Shown piece after piece: positions 47,301 through 54,732 of a stretch of DNA of 64,000 nucleotides (position 1 is its first letter; every line of letters starts with the position of its first letter). This stretch comes from Acidobacteriota bacterium (lineage in GTDB: Bacteria; Acidobacteriota; Thermoanaerobaculia; UBA5066), in contig RHKY01000034.1 in the NCBI GenBank assembly GCA_008363385.1, positions 14,903-78,902 of the forward strand. The letters are read 5' to 3'. Under the pieces are notes generated by a model. That model ran no database searches, had not been told where the DNA came from, and saw only the letters and a list, made by a program, of their open reading frames with translations. Made by a program: the position numbers and the translations under genes.

Positions 47301-48440
47301 GATCGCGTGGTGGTCGGTCACCCTCGCGTCGTCGACGAAGCGCGGCGGGATCGGCCTCTCGAGCGTCCCCGCCGCGAAGAGCGCCCCGTACGCCGGGGCG
47401 AGCGCGCGCATCACGTCCGGCAGCGTCGCGGCCACGTCGCGCGAGAGGTGGCGGCTGTCGGTCCGCGGGTAGGTGATCGCCTTCTTCTCCTCGTACAGCC
47501 GCTGGGCGACCTCGAGCGTCTTCTTCGCGCTCCACCCGAGGAGGCGGTTGGCGTGCCGCTGCAGCTCCGTCAGGTCGAAGAGGAGGGGTGCGGGCGTCCG
47601 CCGCGTCTTCGCCTCGACCGACTCGACCACGGCCTCGCCCGAGAGGACCCGCTCGACCACCCGCGCGGCCTCGGCGCCGTCCTTCGGCAGGCGCCGGCCG
47701 CCCTCCTCCTTCCTCGCCGGGTCGAACCAGGTCCCGCGGTACCGTCCCGCCTCCACGTCGAACGTCGCGACGACCTCCAGGTACTCCTCGGGGACGAACG
47801 CCCGGATCGACAGCTCGCGCTCGACGACCATCGCGAGCGTCGGCGTCTGGACGCGCCCGACCGTCAGCGTCTCGTCGTGGGCGAGCGTGAACGCCCGCGA
47901 GAAGTTCATCCCGACGAGCCAGTCGGCCCGGCTCCGCCCGCGCGCGGCGTCGGCCAGCCGGTCGTACTCGCTCGCGGGGCGCAGCCGCGCGAACCCGTCC
48001 CGGATCGCCTCCGGCGTCAGGGACGAGATCCAGAGCCGCTTCACCGGCTTCGCGCACCCGGCCGCCTCGTACAGCTGCCGGAAGATCAGCTCCCCTTCCC
48101 GCCCCGCGTCCGTCGCGCAGATCACCTCGGTCACGTGCGGGTCGCGGAGGACCTTCGCGACGGCCTCGAACTGCTCCTTCACGCGGTCGGTCACGACGAG
48201 CGGCCAGCTCGAGGGGAGGATCGGGAGGTGCTCGCGCCGCCAGGCCTTCCACTCCGGGCGGATCTCGTGCGGCTGGGCCAGCGCGACGAGGTGCCCGATC
48301 GCCCACGTCACGACGTGCCCGTCCCCGACGAGGCACCCCTCGCCCCGGCGCGTGGCGCCGAGGACGGCCGCCAGGTCGCGCGCCACGGAGGGCTTCTCGG
48401 CCACGACGGCCACGAGGCCGGAGGCTTGGCTCCTCGTCAT
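44331..48440 (-). CDS. fusion protein: type IA DNA topoisomerase (TopoIII/TopB-like) N-terminal half + RecQ-family helicase with HRDC-like C-terminus
   Basis: A single uninterrupted frame. The Toprim domain is VAVVAEKPSVARDLAAVLG, with the acidic TDAGREGE motif. The catalytic tyrosine context is ITYPRTDSRHLS. A Pro/Ala-rich linker follows, then RecQ motifs: FGHDAFRPYQ, LLVMPTGAGKSLCYQLP, VDEAHCISHWGHDFRP, LTATAT, a Zn/RQC-like TACGVCDVC, and an HRDC-like tail (LRLFRLAEAKRQRVPAFRVFTDETLLAIA). The probable start is the ATG at 48440 (MTRSQASGLVAVV); the track ORF extends to 48638. No in-frame start codon precedes the RecQ part. Confidence 0.75.
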   Translation of the reverse strand: MTRSQASGLVAVVAEKPSVARDLAAVLGATRRGEGCLVGDGHVVTWAIGHLVALAQPHEIRPEWKAWRREHLPILPSSWPLVVTDRVKEQFEAVAKVLRDPHVTEVICATDAGREGELIFRQLYEAAGCAKPVKRLWISSLTPEAIRDGFARLRPASEYDRLADAARGRSRADWLVGMNFSRAFTLAHDETLTVGRVQTPTLAMVVERELSIRAFVPEEYLEVVATFDVEAGRYRGTWFDPARKEEGGRRLPKDGAEAARVVERVLSGEAVVESVEAKTRRTPAPLLFDLTELQRHANRLLGWSAKKTLEVAQRLYEEKKAITYPRTDSRHLSRDVAATLPDVMRALAPAYGALFAAGTLERPIPPRFVDDARVTDHHAILPTPVSPRGLDAEEQALYDLVARRLVAAWHDEHVAATTTVVTAVTSGAGAGALVDRFRSTGTVTEQAGWRAVEPEPASRRKGKGEAGEGTKDGEPDDDASLPPGLARGTRPRVVEASAVERRTRPPKRFTDATLLTAMETAGRTLDEKELAEAMKENGLGTPATRAEILEGLIARGYLQRDGKVLVATDKGIRLIGLVPESVKSPALTGRWEAELARIQRGEARLPAFMASIEEYVREVVGEAGKPPAGSPGASPRPVPEGAPQALAAAASTRARPAPAAAGPASSGDLFAVERPARKPVSPERLGELLKDVFGHDAFRPYQEAVCRAVTAGKDALLVMPTGAGKSLCYQLPGLARAGTTLVVSPLIALMEDQVGKLRALGLAAERIHSGRDRAESRQVCRDYLDGKLDLLFIAPERLSVPGFPEMLAKRTPALVAVDEAHCISHWGHDFRPDYRLLGARLPALRPAPVIALTATATPRVQEDIAAQLGLIAPGRFIHGFRRTNLAVEVTEAPPSRRADLVREVLADPARLPAIVYTPTRREATELAKHLRPRPRAAAYHAGMGTKERDEVQRAFLEGRLDAIVATIAFGMGVDKPDVRTVVHTGLPGSVEGYYQEIGRAGRDGLPSRAILLQSYGDTRMHEHFLARDYPETSDLERVFARLGEDSLPSEDLASRSRLDPETFEKALEKLWIFGGAVVTPEGLASRGKPDWKRPYEEQREFRKTQLVLVRRFAEGASCRMLQLVRHFGDTADPGTACGVCDVCAPGEGLSTRTRRASPMEEAALRRALELLRWKDGQGTGQLHREVEKQFPAVDRRSFEDLLGGLARAGHVTIEDDEFEKDGKTIRFRRAFLTRAGRDPDAEVEARVAVPPPSAAGKKRAKARAPRAALPKPERTGRRRAEPAGGATRAARRAVRPDPPPLVEELRLFRLAEAKRQRVPAFRVFTDETLLAIATSRPRTEDDLLAIPGIGPARAARYGPALLRIVATVG

Positions 48441-48539
48441 CGGACGGGGATGTGTACGCCCCGCCGCGCCCCGGCGCAAGGGCCGGCCGGGGGCGGCCCC
48501 CGAGGCGAGGGACCAGCTCCGAGCCGCTATCATCTCCCC

Positions 48540-48770
48540 ATGGCAGGTGCCGGTTCCGGCCGGGAGTTCGACGTCGTCATCGAGCGGGACGAGGAGGGTT
48601 GGTACGTCGCCTCCGTGCCGGCCCTTCGGGGCTGTCACACGCAGGCCCGTTCGCTCGACGAGCTTCGCGAGCGGATCCTCGAGGCGATCGAGCTCTGCCT
48701 CGAGGTGGAAGGCCCTGCCCCGTCACCCCTCGAGTTCGTCGGCATCCAGCGCGTCCGGCTCGCGTCGTGA
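48540..48770 (+). CDS. HicB-like / UPF0150-family antitoxin-like protein (orphan)
   Basis: 76 aa: MAGAGSGREFDVVIERDEEGWYVASVPALRGCHTQARSLDELRERILEAIELCLEV. This is the tail of the otherwise artefactual track ORF 44316..48770. Confidence 0.6.
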   Translation: MAGAGSGREFDVVIERDEEGWYVASVPALRGCHTQARSLDELRERILEAIELCLEVEGPAPSPLEFVGIQRVRLAS

Positions 48771-48839
48771 CGCGGCTGCCCAGGCCGGACGGCCGCCAGC
48801 TCCGCGCGCTCCTCTGACGGCCGTCTCCTCCCGCGACCC

Positions 48840-49895
48840 TCAGCCCGCAGCGCGACTCGCGGCGGGCTGCCCCGTCTCCAGCCTCCCGGCGAAGCTGCGG
48901 TAGAGGAAGACGAAGTAGCCGGTCACGAGGAGCATCCCGGGGACCCACCACGCGAGCGCCGTGCGCAGGCCCGGCGCGGCCGAGGCCGCGTCGAAGACGG
49001 TGAGGCTCCGGGCCGGGTCGAGGTTCGACGGCAGGACGTTCGGGAAGAGGGCGAAGGCCGTCGCCCCGAGGAGCCCGACGAGGAAGAGGCACGACCCGAG
49101 GAACGCCGCGACGTCCGCGCCGCCCGCGCTCTTCCACCGCGCCAGGACGAGGCCCGCCACCGCCAGCGCGGGGAGGACCCACCCCTCCGGGTGCGCCGCC
49201 AGCCGCTCCGGGATCAGCGGCTGGATCGAGAACGTGGCGACCGTGGACGCGATCCCGAGGACGACCGTCGCCCCCCACGCCCACCGCGCCGCCCGCCGCG
49301 CCCGCTCGGCCAGCTCCCCCGTCGTCTTCATCGCCGCCCAGAGGGCGCCGTGCCCCGCGAGCGCCGAGAGCGCGAAGAGGCCGGCCGTGAGCGTGTACCA
49401 GTCGACGAATCCCGCGTGCGGCGTCAGGCGGAAGGTCGTCCAGAGCGGGACGAAGAAGTGCCCCGAGGCGTCGAGCGGGACGCCCCTCACGACGTTCCCG
49501 AGGGCGAGGCCCAGGCAGAGGGCCAGGAGCGCGCTCGACACCGAGAAGACGGTGTCCCAGAACGGCTGCCAGACGGGGTGGTGGACGTGGTTGCGGAACT
49601 CCATGGCGATCCCGCGCCCCATCAGCAGCCAGAGGACGATCATCAGCGGCAGGAAGAAGCCCGAGAAGGCCGCGGCGTAGAGCGCCGGGAAGGCCATGAA
49701 GAGTGCGGCCCCCGCGCCGATCAGCCAGACCTCGTTCCCGTCCCAGACCGGCCCGATCGTGGCGAGGAGCGTCCTCCGCTCCGCCTCGTCGCACGGCAGG
49801 AGGAGGTGGAGCGCGCCGACGCCCAGGTCGAAGCCGTCGAGGACGACGTAGGCGGCGAGCATGAAGCCGACGAGGACGAACCAGACGGTCTCCAT
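48840..49895 (-). CDS. cydB: cytochrome bd ubiquinol oxidase subunit II
   Basis: C-terminal 351 aa of track ORF 48840..51653. Starts METVWFVLVGFMLAAYVVLDGFDLGVGAL, a multi-TM CydB. The start overlaps the cydA stop. Confidence 0.85.
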   Translation of the reverse strand: METVWFVLVGFMLAAYVVLDGFDLGVGALHLLLPCDEAERRTLLATIGPVWDGNEVWLIGAGAALFMAFPALYAAAFSGFFLPLMIVLWLLMGRGIAMEFRNHVHHPVWQPFWDTVFSVSSALLALCLGLALGNVVRGVPLDASGHFFVPLWTTFRLTPHAGFVDWYTLTAGLFALSALAGHGALWAAMKTTGELAERARRAARWAWGATVVLGIASTVATFSIQPLIPERLAAHPEGWVLPALAVAGLVLARWKSAGGADVAAFLGSCLFLVGLLGATAFALFPNVLPSNLDPARSLTVFDAASAAPGLRTALAWWVPGMLLVTGYFVFLYRSFAGRLETGQPAASRAAG

Positions 49896-51238
49896 CACCG
49901 GCCCCCTTCCGCGGCAGGAGCCGGCTCCGGCCCGTGCTCCACCTCGCGGGCGAAGAGGAAGAGCGTCAGGATCCCGAGGAGCGCGTACATCCCCATGAAC
50001 CCGAGGAGGACGAAGAGGCCGTTTCCCGCCGAGACGTTCGGCGAGGCTCCGGCCGCCGTCCGCAGGAGGCCGTGGACGAGCCACGGCTGCCTCCCCAGCT
50101 CGGCCGTCATCCACCCGGCGGTGTTGGCGATGTACGGGAACGGGATCGTCAGCGCCAGGAGCCAGAGCGCCGGTCGCGTCGAGAAGAGCTTTCCCCGGAA
50201 GAGGAGGAAGGCCGAGAGCGCCATGACCGCGATGAAGACCGTCCCGAGACCGACCATCACGTGGTAGCTGTAGTAGAGGAGCGGGACGTTGTCGGGCCAG
50301 TCCTCGCGCGGGAAGGCGTCGAGCCCCTTCACCTCGGCCTTCCACCGGTTGTACGTCAGGAAGGAGAGGAGCCGCGGCACCTCGATCGGGTTGTCCAGGC
50401 GCAGCTTCTCCATGTCGGGCTGGCCGATCAGCGCGAGCGGCGCGCCGTGCTCGGTCCGGAAGAGGCCTTCCATCGCGGCGAGCGTCGCCGGCTGGTACCG
50501 GGCCACGTTCTTCCCCTGCGCGTCGCCGGTCGGGAACGCCATGACGACCGAGGCGGCGAGCCCCGCCGGGACCGCGACTCTGAGGAACGTCTTCCCGTAC
50601 TCCTCGGCGCGGCCGGAGAGGAGGTAGAACGCCCCGATCCCGGCCACGACGAAGGAGGCGGTGACGACCGACCCTGCCATCGCGTGGAGGTACTGCCACG
50701 GGAGCCACGGGTTCGTGAAGAGGGCCGAGAGGCTCTCGAGCTGGACGTTCCCCGCCGCGTCGACGCGGTACCCGACCGGGTGCTGCATCCAGGCGTTGGT
50801 CGCGACGATGAACCAGCCCGACAGCCACGTCCCGGCGAAGAGCATCCAGGCCGAGAGCGTGTGGACGCGCCTCGGGACCTTCCCCTCGCCGTAGAGGAAG
50901 ACCCCGAGGGCCACCGACTCCAGGAAGAACGAGAAGACCCCTTCCATCGCCAGCGTCTGGCCGATCACGCCCCCCGCGTACCGCGAGAAGAGCGACCAGC
51001 TCGTCCCGAACTGGAACTCCAGCGGGATCCCCGTGACGACCCCCATCGCGAAGTTCAGGCCGAAGATCCGCGCCCAGAAGCGCGCCGCCCGGCCGTAGTG
51101 GGGGTCGCTCCTCCGGGCCTCGAGCGTCTTGAAGACGACGATCAGGAGCGTCAGCCCCATCGTCAGCTGAGGGAAGAGGTAGTGGTACGTCGCCGTGAAG
51201 GCGAAGGTGAGGCGGTGGACGGTCAGCGCCGAGTCCAT
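49895..51238 (-). CDS. cydA: cytochrome bd ubiquinol oxidase subunit I
   Basis: 447 aa starting MDSALTVHRLTFAFTATYHYLFPQLTMGLT, with the conserved Q-loop region GWMTAELGRQPW. Confidence 0.9.
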   Translation of the reverse strand: MDSALTVHRLTFAFTATYHYLFPQLTMGLTLLIVVFKTLEARRSDPHYGRAARFWARIFGLNFAMGVVTGIPLEFQFGTSWSLFSRYAGGVIGQTLAMEGVFSFFLESVALGVFLYGEGKVPRRVHTLSAWMLFAGTWLSGWFIVATNAWMQHPVGYRVDAAGNVQLESLSALFTNPWLPWQYLHAMAGSVVTASFVVAGIGAFYLLSGRAEEYGKTFLRVAVPAGLAASVVMAFPTGDAQGKNVARYQPATLAAMEGLFRTEHGAPLALIGQPDMEKLRLDNPIEVPRLLSFLTYNRWKAEVKGLDAFPREDWPDNVPLLYYSYHVMVGLGTVFIAVMALSAFLLFRGKLFSTRPALWLLALTIPFPYIANTAGWMTAELGRQPWLVHGLLRTAAGASPNVSAGNGLFVLLGFMGMYALLGILTLFLFAREVEHGPEPAPAAEGGR

Positions 51239-51276
51239 GCGACCGCAACCATACCGCTTCCGGCAGAATCCGCGGA

Positions 51277-52647
51277 ATGAAGGACGCCCTCTCGAACCCG
51301 CTCGTGCGGGCGGGGCTCCGGATCGCGGACTGGTCCGAGCGCTGGTTCCCGGACGCCTTCGTCTTCGCCCTCGTGGCCGTCTTCGTCGCCTTCGGCGGCG
51401 GCCTGGCCGCCGGGGAGAGCCCGCTCCGCCTCGTCGAGGTCTTCGGCGGCAGCTTCTGGTCGCTCGTCCCGTTCACGATGCAGATGGTCCTCGTCATCGT
51501 CGGCGGGTACACGGTGGCCGCCTCCCCGCCGGTCCACCGTCTGATCCTCTGGCTCTCGGGCGTGCCGAAGACGGCCCGCGGCGCCGTCGCCTTCGTCGCG
51601 GCGCTCTCGATGGCCACCTCGCTCCTGTCGTGGGGCCTCTCGCTCGTCTTCACCGGGCTCCTCGTCCGCGAGATCTGCCGGCGGCTCCCGCGCGTCGACT
51701 ACCGGGCGATCGGGGCCGCGGCCTACCTGGGACTCGGGTCGATCTGGGCGCTGGGGCTCTCCTCCTCGGCGGCGCTCCTGATGGCGACCCCCAGCTCGCT
51801 CCCGCCGGCCCTGGCGAAGATCACCGGCGTCCTCCCCCTGACGCAGACGATCTTCCTCTGGCAGTCGGTCGTCACGGCGCTCCTCCTGATGGCCGTCTCG
51901 ATCGCCGTCGCCTGGTGGTCGTGCCCGCCCGAGAGCGAGGCGAAGACGCAGGAGGACTTCGGGATCGCCTACCGGCCGCTGACGGTGGCCGTCGAGAAGC
52001 CGTCACGCCCCGGCGAGAGGTTGGAGCACAGCCCCGTCCTCGGGATCCTCGCGGGCCTCCTCATCGCGGCCTCGCTCGTCCTGACGTTCCGGAGCCGCGG
52101 GGGCCTCTCGGCCCTCGACCTGAACGTCTTCAACCTCGGCTTCGTCGGCCTCGGCCTCCTCCTCCACGGCCGGCCGAGGTCGTTCCTCTCGGCCGTCTCC
52201 GCGTCGGTCCCCGCCACCGCCGGCGTCCTGATCCAGTTCCCGTTCTACGCCGGGATCTTCGGCCTCATCGCGCAGACGGCCGTCGCCGGGAAGCTCGAGG
52301 CGCTCTTCGTCGCCCTCTCGACGAAGGAGACGTTCCCGCTCCTCGTCGCCGGCTACTCGGCCCTCCTCGGCCTGTTCGTCCCCTCGGGCGGCGGCAAGTG
52401 GGTCATCGAGGCGCCGTACGTCATGGCCGCCGCCAACCAGTTCGGCGTCCACCCCGGCTGGACCGTCCAGATCTACAACGCCGCCGAGGCGCTCCCGAAC
52501 CTCCTGAACCCCTTCTGGATGCTCCCGCTGATGGGGATCCTCTCCGTCCGCGCGCGCGAGCTGGCCGGCTACGCCATCCTCCAGCTCCTCTTCCACGTCC
52601 CCCTCGTCTTCCTCCTCTCCTGGCTCCTCGCCTTCACGTTCGGGTGA
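51277..52647 (+). CDS. atoE: short-chain fatty-acid transporter, AtoE family
   Basis: A 456-aa polytopic membrane protein starting MKDALSNPLVRAGLRIADWSERWFPDAFVF, matching the AtoE/TIGR00366 pattern. Confidence 0.75.
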   Translation: MKDALSNPLVRAGLRIADWSERWFPDAFVFALVAVFVAFGGGLAAGESPLRLVEVFGGSFWSLVPFTMQMVLVIVGGYTVAASPPVHRLILWLSGVPKTARGAVAFVAALSMATSLLSWGLSLVFTGLLVREICRRLPRVDYRAIGAAAYLGLGSIWALGLSSSAALLMATPSSLPPALAKITGVLPLTQTIFLWQSVVTALLLMAVSIAVAWWSCPPESEAKTQEDFGIAYRPLTVAVEKPSRPGERLEHSPVLGILAGLLIAASLVLTFRSRGGLSALDLNVFNLGFVGLGLLLHGRPRSFLSAVSASVPATAGVLIQFPFYAGIFGLIAQTAVAGKLEALFVALSTKETFPLLVAGYSALLGLFVPSGGGKWVIEAPYVMAAANQFGVHPGWTVQIYNAAEALPNLLNPFWMLPLMGILSVRARELAGYAILQLLFHVPLVFLLSWLLAFTFG

Positions 52648-52687
52648 GGGGGAGGGGGATCGGCCCTCGGGGGTGGGGACCGCAGCG

Positions 52688-52879
52688 CTACAGGAGCTTC
52701 CGCCGGACGTCGGCGCCCGCGAGCAGCTCGTCGCGCGCTGCGAGGTACTCCTCGATGGCGGCCCTTGCGTTCTCCACGGCCTCCGCTTCGGTCGCGCCCT
52801 GGGACCAGCACCCGGGCAGACCAGGGACCGAGACGCTGTAGCCCTCGTCCGTCTTCTCCAGCACGACCTTGTAGACCAT
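52688..52879 (-). CDS. HicB-like / UPF0150-family small protein (orphan)
   Basis: 63 aa: MVYKVVLEKTDEGYSVSVPGLPGCWSQGATEAEAVENARAAIEEYLAA. This is the tail of the artefactual track ORF 52688..54304. Confidence 0.6.
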   Translation of the reverse strand: MVYKVVLEKTDEGYSVSVPGLPGCWSQGATEAEAVENARAAIEEYLAARDELLAGADVRRKLL

Positions 52880-52953
52880 CCGGCCTCCGGCAGCAGTATA
52901 GGTTCTCTCGCCGGCGCGGTCGGGCCCGCCATAGGCCCTTTCGGGCCGCGCGC

Positions 52954-53865
52954 CTACCCGCGGACGTAGAGGAGGGCGTACGTGAAGAAGATGACGACGT
53001 CGGGGATGACGTGGATGAGCCAGGGCCAGAGCATCCCGCGCGTCTCGAGCATCGCCTTGCCCATCAAGTAGGCCAGGAACCCCGTCATCGCGGCGCCCGG
53101 GATCCCGGGGGGCGAGCCGTGGAGGTAGTGCGCCAGGCCGAAGAGGACGACGCAGACGAGGAGCGCGTGCCCCCGGCCGAGCGGCCCGAGCAGCGTCGAC
53201 AGGATCGACGCGCGGAAGTAGGCCTCCTCGGTGAACGCGTTCACCGCCGCCAGGACGAGGCAGGCCGGCAGCAGCGGGAGCGCGCGCAGGAGGAGCTCGC
53301 CGGAGGGCTTCAGGCCGATCAGCGTCGGGACGAGGACACAGAGCCCCGCGACGACGCCGAAGATGACCGCGAACTTCGGCCACGGCTCCGGGCGGCGGAT
53401 CCCGAGCCACGGGACCGGCTCGATCGGGGCCTTCAGGTCGCCGACCGCCAGGAAGAACTCCTGCCGCCGCTTCTTCAGCAGCCAGAGGACGCCGAGGACG
53501 GCCGCCGCCACCGCGATGTCGAGGACGAAGAGCGCGGCGTACCCGGTGAAGAACGGGACCCCCTGGTAGTTGAAGCGCTCCTGGAACCACGCCGTCGTCC
53601 GGACGAGGCCGGCGGCGCCGAGCGCGGCGAAGAGGGTGAAGAGGACGACGGCGTAGTGGAGCAGGGGCCTCAGCGCCCGCGACGCGAGCGTCAGCCCCGT
53701 GAAGAGGACGAGGAACGCGATCTTCGCCCCGGCGAGCCACCCCGGGGCCCGACCGCCGGCGTGCTGGATCACGATCTCCGGAAGCTCCGAGACGAGGAGC
53801 ATCGCGCCCCACGCGACGACGGTGAGGAGCCGCGAGCCGGCGGCGGACTCGGACGGCGCTGACAT
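52954..53865 (-). CDS. CPBP-family intramembrane metalloprotease (CAAX protease / Abi)
   Basis: 303 aa, polytopic, with the EEAYFRASILSTL (EExxxR) and FGLAHYLHG (FxxxH) motifs. Confidence 0.8.
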   Translation of the reverse strand: MSAPSESAAGSRLLTVVAWGAMLLVSELPEIVIQHAGGRAPGWLAGAKIAFLVLFTGLTLASRALRPLLHYAVVLFTLFAALGAAGLVRTTAWFQERFNYQGVPFFTGYAALFVLDIAVAAAVLGVLWLLKKRRQEFFLAVGDLKAPIEPVPWLGIRRPEPWPKFAVIFGVVAGLCVLVPTLIGLKPSGELLLRALPLLPACLVLAAVNAFTEEAYFRASILSTLLGPLGRGHALLVCVVLFGLAHYLHGSPPGIPGAAMTGFLAYLMGKAMLETRGMLWPWLIHVIPDVVIFFTYALLYVRG

Positions 53866-53979
53866 CGCCGGAGACGATACCGCCGTGATCCGCGCCCGGG
53901 AGGTGCGGAATCCGCCGGACGGCGTCGTCGCGGGATCGCCGGATTCGGCGGGATTGGCGCGTCGGCGTAAGATTTCCTC

Positions 53980-54189
53980 GTGCCTCGTCCGCCGACACCT
54001 CCCGACCGGGACGACGTGCCTGCCGTCCCTCCTTCGCCGGTGATCGACACCGCCGAGATGTGGGAGAACCTCTGCCGGGCCGACGAGCTGTTCGAGGAGT
54101 GCGAGGCGCTTTCTCTCGGGCAGAGGGGCAGCCCGGCGGAGCCGTCCACCCCGGCCGAGAGCGCTCCCGGATGCGACCGGGCCGGCTGA
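53980..54189 (+). CDS. small hypothetical protein, possible partner of the downstream nucleotidyltransferase
   Basis: 69 aa. The tail ...PVIDTAEMWENLCRADELFEECEALSL has protein-like composition. The start is uncertain (internal MWENL possible). Confidence 0.3.
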   Translation: MPRPPTPPDRDDVPAVPPSPVIDTAEMWENLCRADELFEECEALSLGQRGSPAEPSTPAESAPGCDRAG

Positions 54190-54689
54190 TCCGCGCCGCC
54201 CGAGAGCTCGCCGCTGTTCTGGGCGAGGGCTCCGCGCTCGCGGGCGGGCTGGCCGTCGCGGCCTGGGGCGAGATCCGGGCGACCCGCGACGTCGACTTCG
54301 TCACGGCGCTCCCTCTGCACGACGTCGAGCGCCGTCTGCGCGAGAACGGAATCGCCTACGTCGCCAGGCGGGGCGACGTCCTCACGGGTGATCTGCCGTG
54401 GGTCGTGGAAGGGGACCTCGGGGGAGTGCGGTTCCAGGTCTTCGCTCCCCGGGGCGGACGTCCCTTCACGACGGTATCGGTGACACCCGTCGGTGCCGAC
54501 ACGGAGTCCGTTCCCGTCGTCTCTCTCGAGGACCTCCTTCGCCTGAAGCTCGAGGCCGGAGGGCCGAAGGACCTCTGGGACGTCGCCCGGTTGCTCCGTC
54601 AACACCCGGAGCAGCTCTCGCGGACCCGGGCTCGCGCCGCCTCCCTCGGGATCGACGACGAGCTCGCCCGCTGGCTCGAGCGGGAGTAG
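54169..54689 (+). CDS. nucleotidyltransferase-fold protein (MNT / AbiEii-like)
   Basis: About 173 aa starting MRPGRLIRAARELAAVLGEGSALAGGLAVAAWGEIRATRDVDFV. The G[GS]...D.D pattern is typical of minimal nucleotidyltransferases. Confidence 0.55.
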
Positions 54690-54732
54690 ATCTGGCGGAG
54701 GGAGCCGAGAACGCCGCCCTCCGTGGCCCCCC

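Noticed and set aside
44302-48770. ORFs 44302..48336 (-) and 44316..48770 (+), except for the last 76 codons
   Set aside because: Frames shifted or antisense relative to the Topo-RecQ gene, with artefact composition. Only the 48540..48770 tail (HicB-like) is retained.
49191-53862. ORFs 49191..50267 (+), 49934..51280 (+), 51195..52841 (+), 52003..52932 (-), 52765..53862 (+)
   Set aside because: Antisense or out of frame relative to the cydAB, atoE and CPBP genes, with charged low-complexity translations.
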